From contig CAZLOH010000009.1 of NCBI GenBank assembly GCA_964561105.1, positions 22,679 through 86,678 on the forward strand: a DNA stretch of 64,000 nucleotides. The letters are read 5' to 3'. The translations under genes and the position numbers were made by a program. The DNA comes from an uncultured Bifidobacterium sp. GTDB lineage: Bacteria > Verrucomicrobiota > Verrucomicrobiia > Limisphaerales > JADLHS01. Each line of letters begins with the position of its first letter. The stretch's first letter is position 1. This document shows positions 45,153 through 53,800 of the stretch, piece by piece. The notes beneath the pieces are model-generated. The model had not been told where the DNA came from. It saw only the letters and a program-made list of their open reading frames with translations, and did no database searches.

Positions 45153-45590
45153 TCAGAAATCAAATCCGCCCAGATCATCGAACCCCGGGGTGCTGTTCCC
45201 GTCGCTGAACATCGGGTTCACGCCGCCATCCTGCCATACGTGGGTCAACTGATAGTCGGACACCGCCTGCGCGTCGCCGAGCAAGTTTTGAAAATTCTCG
45301 TACTGCGCCTGCTGCCCGACGAAGAGCCGGTTTCTAGCCCGGTCAGGATACACATAGAAGACCTGGCCTTTTCGTTTCACGCGCGAGAGCTGGCCCGGCG
45401 GCAATCGCTGGACCTGGCGTTCCTGGATGGCGTTGGTGGCGGACAGTTGTCGGAAGCCGGCAGCGGTCAGGTAGCTTTCCATCTGCTGGCCTTTGCTCGT
45501 GGCGCAACCCGGCGTCGTGAGCAGCAGGGCCATGGTCCCGAGGGCGAGGCCGAGGACGGAACATATCGTTATGGTTCTCATGGAGGACAT
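45153..45590 (-). CDS. Small lipoprotein, function unknown
   Basis: Lipobox 'LLTTPGC'. 145 aa. Upstream of the porin on the same strand. Confidence 0.65.
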   Translation of the reverse strand: MSSMRTITICSVLGLALGTMALLLTTPGCATSKGQQMESYLTAAGFRQLSATNAIQERQVQRLPPGQLSRVKRKGQVFYVYPDRARNRLFVGQQAQYENFQNLLGDAQAVSDYQLTHVWQDGGVNPMFSDGNSTPGFDDLGGFDF

Positions 45591-45624
45591 GCGTGGTGCT
45601 GGGGTGAAGAGTCTGCGGGGAAAC

Positions 45625-45984
45625 TTAATCGGCCTTCAACCATTGCCACGCGGCTTCACTTTGGGCGGCATCGAAGTAGCGCAGCTTCGCCATCGTGAAT
45701 GGCTGGCAGACTTTGGCCATCCATTCCTCCCATTTCTTGTCGCCGACCAGCGCAATGCGCTCGACGCTGGAGCAGTGTTGGGCGGCGAATTTCGTGTCGT
45801 CCCAAAGGGCGTGGAGGTCCCAGCCGTGAAAATCCTCGAACTGCGCAAGCAAACGGACCTTGCCGTGCGACGTGATGGCGGCATCCACCAGGGGGACAAA
45901 GAATTTGTAGTCGGCGTCATGCAGCTTGCCGCTTAGTTTGAAACCGAGAATGTTCGCATCGCGGGAGGGGAGTTGAGCAATCAT
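45625..45984 (-). CDS. STAS/SpoIIAA-like (DUF3478-type) domain protein
   Basis: 119 aa: 'ILGFKLSGKLHDADYKFFVPLVD...GKVRLLAQFEDFHGWD...ERIALVGDKKWEEWM', the pattern of the SpoIIAA-like family. Confidence 0.65.
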   Translation of the reverse strand: MIAQLPSRDANILGFKLSGKLHDADYKFFVPLVDAAITSHGKVRLLAQFEDFHGWDLHALWDDTKFAAQHCSSVERIALVGDKKWEEWMAKVCQPFTMAKLRYFDAAQSEAAWQWLKAD

Positions 45985-46210
45985 GATTCAATTTTGGTTT
46001 TCTGGTTAATGTTCCGGGCGGGCGGGTTTATCTCGGCCTGCCGTCCGATTAGTTTGCGCGCACAACCATCATGCGCCAGTGCGAACCCAGCCTACCTGAG
46101 CCAGCCGGTGACGGCAATCCAAGTTCCGGCGCGGGAGCGAATCCGGTCGCGACCGGAAACTCGACAGCGCGGACATTGCGGCACACCATGAGTGGGTTCG
46201 AGCAAAACCA

Positions 46211-47080
46211 ATGTCGTTCGATGCGAACTTGATTGTCCGGCTGCTGACCACCCTTTCCCTGGGTGGCCTGTTGTTTGGAGTGGGGTTGCGTTTGACCGGG
46301 GCGCAAATCCAGGAAGCGCTGCGCCGCAGCCGGCTCGGCTGGATTCTGCCGCTGAACTTTATCGCGATTCCGCTGCTCACCCTGGGACTGATTCGCGGCT
46401 TGTACGTCCCTCCGGCCATTGCGGTTGGCATGTTGCTGATGGCAGCCGCTCCGTTTGCGCCGGTTGTGCCGATTTTCACGCGCATGGCGCGAGGTGACCT
46501 GGCTCTGGCGGCGGGCTTGACGGCATTGTTTCCCTTCGTGTCGGCCTTTCTTACGCCGGTAATTTGCGAGTTCAGCCTCCAAGCCGTGCCGGGCGCGGCG
46601 GCGTTGCATTTCAACTTCCTCGGAATCCTCGGCATTCTCGTGGCCACCATCACAATGCCGATGACTGTGGGCGTCGCGCTTCGGCATTGGCGGCCGACAT
46701 TTGCGAATTGGATTTTGCGTCCGGTGGAAATCGTGGCCGAGGCCACTGGCGCGATCTCATTGGCGTTCGTAACCGTCGTCGAATTCAAAACCATCATGCA
46801 AACGGGCGAGAAGCCGCTGCTGGCGATGCTGCTGAATGGCGAAATTTCGTTGCTGCTCGGTTACCGGCTAAGTGGACCGACGCCGGAGATTCGGCGGGCG
46901 ACTGCGTTTGGCGCGAGCAATCGGAACATCGCGCTGGCGTTGCTGGTGGCGGTGGGAAGTTTCGCGAACACGCCCGTCGTCGGGGCAGTGGTGGCCAATG
47001 GACTCGTCGTGATTCTGCTCGGCCTGCTGCATGTGGCCTGGTGGCGGTTTGCGCCGTTGCGACAGCGCAAGGAGGCTTGA
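46211..47080 (+). CDS. Bile acid:sodium symporter (BASS/SBF-like) family transporter
   Basis: 289 aa, polytopic. 'GGLLFGVGLRLT' and 'MARGDLALAAGLTALF' resemble BASS signature regions. Confidence 0.55.
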   Translation: MSFDANLIVRLLTTLSLGGLLFGVGLRLTGAQIQEALRRSRLGWILPLNFIAIPLLTLGLIRGLYVPPAIAVGMLLMAAAPFAPVVPIFTRMARGDLALAAGLTALFPFVSAFLTPVICEFSLQAVPGAAALHFNFLGILGILVATITMPMTVGVALRHWRPTFANWILRPVEIVAEATGAISLAFVTVVEFKTIMQTGEKPLLAMLLNGEISLLLGYRLSGPTPEIRRATAFGASNRNIALALLVAVGSFANTPVVGAVVANGLVVILLGLLHVAWWRFAPLRQRKEA

Positions 47081-47126
47081 CGCTGCGTGTTTCCGACGCT
47101 CGGCTGCGCTGGAATGGTGCGATCGC

Positions 47127-48569
47127 TCAACGCGCCCGATTCGTCAGCACCATCTTGCCGATGTCGGAAACGACATCCCACGCCGGGCCGGGGAATTTGT
47201 GCATCTGCACCAGCACGTCCTCGAACGCGCTCAAGAACCAACGCACATCCTCTTCGTTGATCACCAGCGGCGGCAGCAACTTGATGACATCAATGTGGTG
47301 TCCGGCGACTTGTGTGATGATGTGGTGTTTATCCATCAATGGGATGATGGCCGCCTGTGGGAACAGACTCTTGTCCATCGTGTGCATCACCGACCACGCC
47401 GCTTTCAAGGTCAGCGATTTGGGTGGGCCAAACTCAATGCCCATCATTAGTCCCCGCCAGCGGATTTCCTTGAGAAACTCGAAGCGCGGGATCATCGCCT
47501 TCACGCCTTCGCCGATGAGGTTACCCATCTTTTCGGCGCGCTGAATCAGGTTCTCGCGCTCCAGCACATCGAGCGCGGCCAGCCCGGCGACCATGGCAAA
47601 GCTGCCCTGGCTGAAGGTGGAGCTATGCACCACCGAACGATTCATGCTGGAGAAAACCTTTTCGTGAATCCATTTCTTGCACAAGACCGCGCCCACGGGC
47701 ACGAAGCCGCCGGAAAGCGTCTTGGCCAGCACCACGATGTCCGGGTCCACGTCGCCGTCGTGCTCAATGGCCAGAAAACGGCCGGTGCGCCCCATGCCCG
47801 ATTGCACTTCGTCGTCAACAAACAGCGCGCCGTACTTGCGACAGAGCGCCGCCGCGTCGCGCAGGTAACCGGGTGACGGCAGATTTACGCCCTTGCCTTG
47901 GACCGGCTCGACGACAAAGGCCGCCACGTCCTTCTTGCGCAATTCCTGTTCGAGGGCTTCCAGATCGTTAAACGGAATTTTCCGGCAGTCGGGCAGGAAC
48001 GGCGCGAAGCCTTCGCGAAAACTCTCGTCGCCATTGACCGACAGCGAGCCGTAGCTCAGACCGTGAAAGGACTTCGCGCAATGAATGATCGCCGGCTTGC
48101 CGGTGGCGCAGCGAGCATACTTGAGCGCCGTTTCGACGCCTTCGGCTCCGGAGTTGGTGAAGAACACCATGTCGAGTTGATTCGGCATGCGCTTCTTCAA
48201 CTGCTCGGCGAGCAGGCCGGACAGCAACGGCGCTTCCATCTTCACCAGGCTCGGGTAGTTCAACTCCAGGAACTCCGTGAGGACCCGCTTTACTTCGGGA
48301 TGATTGCGGCCGAGGCCAAACACGCCGTAGCCAGAGAGCAGATCGAGATACTTCGTGCCTTCCGTGTCCCAGAGATACGCGCCCTCGGCGCGAACGTAGC
48401 AACGATCGAAACCAATCGTCTTGAGCGTGCGCACGTTGGCGGGGTTGATATGCGCGGATTGCAACTCATAGTTGCGGCCTTCGTGTTCCTCGATCAAGGC
48501 ACGGATGTCGAGGGCGGCCTTGGTGGTCGGGGTAGTCGCAGGAATCTCAGTTTCAAGCACAGTTGACAT
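47127..48569 (-). CDS. Class-III PLP-dependent aminotransferase (acetylornithine/GABA aminotransferase family)
   Basis: 'FFTNSGAEGVETALK', 'DEVQSGMGRTGRFLAIEH', and the PLP lysine context 'VLAKTLSGG'. Confidence 0.85.
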   Translation of the reverse strand: MSTVLETEIPATTPTTKAALDIRALIEEHEGRNYELQSAHINPANVRTLKTIGFDRCYVRAEGAYLWDTEGTKYLDLLSGYGVFGLGRNHPEVKRVLTEFLELNYPSLVKMEAPLLSGLLAEQLKKRMPNQLDMVFFTNSGAEGVETALKYARCATGKPAIIHCAKSFHGLSYGSLSVNGDESFREGFAPFLPDCRKIPFNDLEALEQELRKKDVAAFVVEPVQGKGVNLPSPGYLRDAAALCRKYGALFVDDEVQSGMGRTGRFLAIEHDGDVDPDIVVLAKTLSGGFVPVGAVLCKKWIHEKVFSSMNRSVVHSSTFSQGSFAMVAGLAALDVLERENLIQRAEKMGNLIGEGVKAMIPRFEFLKEIRWRGLMMGIEFGPPKSLTLKAAWSVMHTMDKSLFPQAAIIPLMDKHHIITQVAGHHIDVIKLLPPLVINEEDVRWFLSAFEDVLVQMHKFPGPAWDVVSDIGKMVLTNRAR

Positions 48570-48706
48570 GCAATTTCATGGTAGGTCAGTTGGCCGTGCC
48601 CGCAAGGGAAATTCAGGCTGCGGCGACTTCGATTCCACCCGGCGGAAAACTCACTGTGATCGGAGCGCTGTCGGAGTTTCGCGAGCGGAGACTGCCTCGC
48701 AATCAA

Positions 48707-49837
48707 TCACCGCTCCAGCTTGTAGTAGTCGAGCACTTCGCCGAGTTCCTCCTGGATCCATTGTTCCGACAAGCCGAACTCTTCCAGCGTGTATTCGTGC
48801 TGGCTCTTGAACTCACCCTGTCGGCGTGTCGCTTCCTTCAGTCGCGAGCGCAGGGCATCGCTTACCGGCCAGCCGAAATGAGCGTAGGTCTGTTCAATGG
48901 CTGCGCCGGGATCGCGCACCAGTTCGCGGTAATCAATGCAATGATAGCGCGCCGGGTCGGGCTTCGTCCGAAACTGAAACAGGTGCTTGTACCACTCCAC
49001 GGCGAGTTGGCCGTAGGCTTTGGCCACCGGACCATCCTTGGCAATGTCCGGCGAGTGCGCCCGCCAGACCGGAACAAACAGGCTGACGTGCGAGGCGACG
49101 GATTTGTAGGGATGCCGGATGATGGTGATGAAGCGGGCGTCGGGAAATTCCTCCAGCAAGGATTCGACCGTGCCCGAGGATTGCGTGGCTTTGGAGAGCA
49201 AGGTCTGGGTCGGCCCATTCGCGTAGAGATGACGTTGCAGGCAACTTCGGTAATAGCGCATCAACTTCCGGCGTTTGGCGGCGGGCAGCGCGTCAGGAAA
49301 CCCGGCTTCCCACAATTCTTTCACGAACGGAAACAGCAGGAAGATGGCTTCCGACTCGAAGGCGTACAGAAATAGCGCGTCGTCTTCCTCGGGCTGATTG
49401 AGCCGCATCTTGTGCATCGTGTCCCAGCCGCCGAACCATCGCTTTTCGCACCAGCCCAGCAATTTCATCACCGGATGGCCGAACACGCCATCCAGCCAAC
49501 CCAACGCATCGAAGACTCGTTGGAAGCAGACGGCAGGGAAAATGGTTTGGTACATTTTCAGGTGGACGAATCGCTCCTCGTCGAGGCTGAACAGGTTTTG
49601 CACGAGCGTGGTGCCACTGCGGGGCGGCGCGATGATGAACACCGGTTGATTCACTGGCTGGCGCTTGAATCCGGGGAAGAGGAGGTGATCCAAAGCCCGC
49701 CCCACCATCACGAAAAACAGGAAGAGCAGAAACAACGCACTGAAGAAAATGACGTAAAGCCAGCGCCGCACGCTGAAGCGCGACGTGAACAAGGAGAGCC
49801 GCAAGGCCCGGCCGAACATTCCCCAATTGAAAAACAT
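48707..49837 (-). CDS. Membrane-anchored PAPS-dependent sulfotransferase
   Basis: N-terminal TM 'WLYVIFFSALFLLFLFFVMV'. 5'-PSB loop 'IIAPPRSGTTLVQN'. 3'-PB-like 'ITIIRHPYKSVAS'. ATG at 49837 lies 1 nt after the cysC stop; the ORF-track start at 49858 is TTG. Confidence 0.8.
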   Translation of the reverse strand: MFFNWGMFGRALRLSLFTSRFSVRRWLYVIFFSALFLLFLFFVMVGRALDHLLFPGFKRQPVNQPVFIIAPPRSGTTLVQNLFSLDEERFVHLKMYQTIFPAVCFQRVFDALGWLDGVFGHPVMKLLGWCEKRWFGGWDTMHKMRLNQPEEDDALFLYAFESEAIFLLFPFVKELWEAGFPDALPAAKRRKLMRYYRSCLQRHLYANGPTQTLLSKATQSSGTVESLLEEFPDARFITIIRHPYKSVASHVSLFVPVWRAHSPDIAKDGPVAKAYGQLAVEWYKHLFQFRTKPDPARYHCIDYRELVRDPGAAIEQTYAHFGWPVSDALRSRLKEATRRQGEFKSQHEYTLEEFGLSEQWIQEELGEVLDYYKLER

Positions 49838-49838
49838 C

Positions 49839-50459
49839 CTAGACCCTCGCCGCGGCAATCCGGGAAGCGGGTTTCCCCAAAATTTTCTCCCGTCGTTCCA
49901 GTTCGCTTACGATGGCGGCGAGACAGTCGGCCACGGAGAGTTGATCCGTGTGCAACTCCAGTTCCGGGTGGGTGGGCGGTTCATACGGCGCGGAGATGCC
50001 GGTAAAATCCTTGATGAGTCCGGCACGGGCGCGCGCATACAACCCTTTGGGATCGCGGTGCTCGCACACGGCTAACGGCGCGTTGACGAAAACTTCGATG
50101 AATCCGCCGGCGGGAAGAATGCCGCGCACCAGGTCGCGGTCCGAGCGATAGGGCGAAATAAAAGCCGTGACGCAAATGATCCCGGCATCGGCGAAAAGCT
50201 TGGCCACTTCACCGACCCGGCGGATGTTTTCCTTCCGGCTTTCGGGTGAAAAATCGAGATCGGAGCAAAGGCCCTGGCGCATCTTATCCCCATCGAGCAC
50301 ATAAACCTGCCGGCCTTGCTCAAATAACTCGCGCTCCAGTGCGTTGGCGAGGGTAGTTTTGCCGGCGGCGCTCAAGCCGGTCAGCCAGACCACCACCCCG
50401 GTATGTTCGTCGCGACGCGCGCGCTCTTCGGCGCTGACAGGTTTTGGCATTTGATTCAT
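49839..50459 (-). CDS. cysC: Adenylyl-sulfate (APS) kinase
   Basis: P-loop 'WLTGLSAAGKTTLA', 'LDGDKMRQGL', 'FISPYRSDR'. ATG at 50459. Confidence 0.9.
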   Translation of the reverse strand: MNQMPKPVSAEERARRDEHTGVVVWLTGLSAAGKTTLANALERELFEQGRQVYVLDGDKMRQGLCSDLDFSPESRKENIRRVGEVAKLFADAGIICVTAFISPYRSDRDLVRGILPAGGFIEVFVNAPLAVCEHRDPKGLYARARAGLIKDFTGISAPYEPPTHPELELHTDQLSVADCLAAIVSELERREKILGKPASRIAAARV

Positions 50460-50865
50460 GAGTTGGGGTTGGTCCGTTCGGTCAACCGGCCGCCAGACTA
50501 CAAATTCGCGCTGCGATTGGCTATTCCGATTCTCAGCCTGAAAGAGAATCTCCGACGCAGTGAGGGCGGAAACATTTTTATCCTGTCGGTTGCATCGCGC
50601 GTTTCGCTTGTGGATTTTCAAGACAAAGCTTGTCTCGCCACTTCTTCAGAAGCGAACAGCTCCCGCAGTACATCACCAAGGATCGTCAAGCGGGCCGGGC
50701 GCAATTGTGGGCGTGGCCTCCCGGGATGCAGTCATTTGCGCGGAGCAAGCCACTCCAAATTGATCACAGCCGACTCGCATCACACGCCCCCGGGATTATC
50801 CCGGGAGCCGCTTGGCAACGATGTTGCATCAGGCGATCCTGATGTGTTGTAAAGGAGTGTTTCGT

Positions 50866-53800
50866 GTGGTGAGACGCAAGGTTCGCATTGCCATGGCAGT
50901 GAGCTGTCTCATGATTTTTCCGCAAATCCCGTCGTTTGCCGCCGGCAGCGTTGTGCTCGCTTGGGATGCCAGCCCGGATGCCACGGCGGTGGGCTATCGC
51001 ATCTATTACGGCGTGGCCAGTGGCAACTACACGAATTCAGCGACGGTGGGCAATGTGACCAACGCTACACTCACCGGCCTGGCGGATGGTGTTACTTACT
51101 ACTTTGCGGCGAAGGCGTATAACTCGATCGGTGACGAAAGCATTTTCTCCAATGAAACCAGCTACAGCGTGCCGGGCGCGAATGTGCCGCCGACGTTGAA
51201 CGCGATCTCCGCGTTGTCGTTGAACGAAGACGCTGGGCTGCAGACGGTGAACCTCGCCGGCATTTCCTCGGGTTCGGTGAATGAAACGCAAACTTTGACG
51301 GTGACGGCCACGTCGAGCAATCCCAGCTTGATTCCGAATCCGACGGTGAACTACACCAGCCCGAACGCCGCCGGCAGTTTGAGCTTTACCCCCGTGACGG
51401 GCGCTAACGGCAGTGCCACCGTTACGGTGACGGTCAATGACGGCCAGGCCGCAAACAACACCTTCACGCGAACTTTCGTTGTGACGGTGAATGCGGTGAA
51501 CAACGCACCGACACTGGCGGCGGTCAATGATGTGACCGTCGCGGAAGATGCCGGAGCGCAAACCGTCAACTTGAGCGGCATTTCCTCCGGTGCGGCCAAC
51601 GAAGCACAGACGTTGAACATTACGGCGACTTCGAGCAATCCTGGTTTGATTCCGAATCCCTCCGTCAATTACACAAGTCCGAATGGGACGGGCAGTTTGC
51701 GTTTCACCCCGGTTGCCAATCAGAATGGGACGGCAGTGATCACCGTCACGGTCAATGACGGCCAGTCGTTGAACAACACGGTGAGCCGGATCTTCACGGT
51801 AACAGTCAACCCGGTGAACGACGCGCCGACACTGAACGTTTTGAACAATTTGTCCATCGCTCAAAATGCCGGCAATCAGATTGTGGATCTTGCGGGCATC
51901 ACTTCGGGCGCGGCCAACGAGGCGCAGACTTTGGCGGTGACGGTGAGTTCCTCCAATCCTGGTTTGATTCCCACGCCGACGGTGACTTACCTTAGCCCGA
52001 ACGCCACCGGCAGTTTGAGTTTTACGCCCGTAGCCAACGCCAACGGCACGGCGACGATCACGGTGACGGTCAACGACGGCCAGGCACAGAACAATACCTT
52101 CACGCGCACGTTCACCGTAAACGTGGCGGTGGTGAATGTCGCGCCGACTCTGGCCGCAATTGGCAATGTGACTGTCAATGAGGATGCGGGTGTCCAGACG
52201 GTGAACCTGTCCGGCATCGGCACGGGGTCAGGCACGGAGGTGCAAACACTCACCGTTACCGCCACGTCGAGCGATCCGAGTGTGATCCCGAATCCAACTG
52301 TCAATTACACCAGCCCGAATGCCAGTGGCAGCTTGACCTTCACGCCTGCGGCCAATGCCAACGGCACCGCCACAATCACGGTGACGGTGGATGATGGTCA
52401 ATCCGCCAACAACACCGTTTCGCGGACGTTCCAAGTGACGGTCAATCCGGTGAACGACGCCCCGACGTTGAACGCGCTTAACCCGCTGAATATCGCGGAG
52501 AGCGCGGGCCTCCAGACCGTGCCGCTGGCCGGCATCAGTTCCGGCGCGGCGAACGAATCCCAGACCTTGACGATCACCGCAGTCTCGTCCGACCCGAGCG
52601 TAGTTCCGAACCCGGCTGTGAGTTACTCCAGCCCCAACTCCACCGGCAATCTGACGTTCACCCCCGTGGCAAACGTCAGCGGCACGGCCACCATCACGGT
52701 CACGGTCAACGATGGTCAGACGGCAAACAACACGATCAGTCGCAGCTTCACTGTGAGCGTGAGCGAAGTGAACAACGCTCCGACCCTGGCCGCGATCAGC
52801 AATCTCTCCATCAATGAGGACGCCGGAGTGCAAACGGTCAATCTTGCCGGCATCGGCACAGGCGCCGCCGGTGAAGCCCAGACCTTGACCGTCACGGCAA
52901 CTTCGAGCAATCCCGGTTTGATCCCGAATCCCGCCGTGAATTACACGAGTCCAAACGCGACGGGCAGTTTGAGTCTGACCGCGGCGGCCAATTCCAATGG
53001 CACGGCGATCATCACGGTGACCGTCAACGACGGCCAGGCGTTGAACAACACGGTGAGCCGGACCTTCACGGTCTCGGTGAATGCGGTGAACGACGCACCG
53101 ACGCTCTCGCCAATCAGCAACGTGACGATCAACGAAGATGCGGGGGCGCAGACGGTGAACTTTGGCGGGATCAGCACGGGCGCCGCGAATGAGAGTCAGA
53201 CGTTGACCGTCACGGCCACTTCCAGCAATCCGGGTTTGATCCCGAATCCGACGGTGAATTACTCCAGCCCCAACGGCGCCGGCAGTTTGAACTTCACGCC
53301 GGTCGCAAATGGAAATGGCCCGGCGGTTATCACCGTCACCGTCCATGACGGCCAGGCGGCCAACAACAGCGTGACACAGACCTTTACCGTGACGGTCACT
53401 CCGGTCAACGACGCGCCGACGTTGAATAACATCAATCCGCTGACCATCGCCGAAAATGCCGGACTGCAGACGGTGAGCCTGACTGGCATCGGCACGGGTG
53501 CGGCCAATGAAACGCAGACGCTGACGATTACCGCCACTTCCAGCGATCCGGGCAAAGTTCCCAATCCCACGGTCAATTACACCAGCCCGAACGCCAGCGG
53601 CAGTCTGACCTTCACGCCGGCATCAAATGCCAATGGCAACGTGACGATCACCGTCACCGTCAACGATAGCCAGTCAGCAAACAACACCATCACGCGGACA
53701 TTTGGGGTGACAATCACTTCGGTCAACAGCGCCCCGACAATTTCTTCGGTGGCCAACCAGACCGTGGTCTCCGGCACGAGCAGTGCGCCGCTCAACGTCA

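Noticed and set aside
49839-49858. Apparent 20-bp overlap between cysC and the sulfotransferase ORF in the ORF track.
   Set aside because: The track start at 49858 is a TTG. An in-frame ATG at 49837 sits 1 nt after the cysC stop and precedes the TM segment, so the overlap is probably an ORF-calling artefact.
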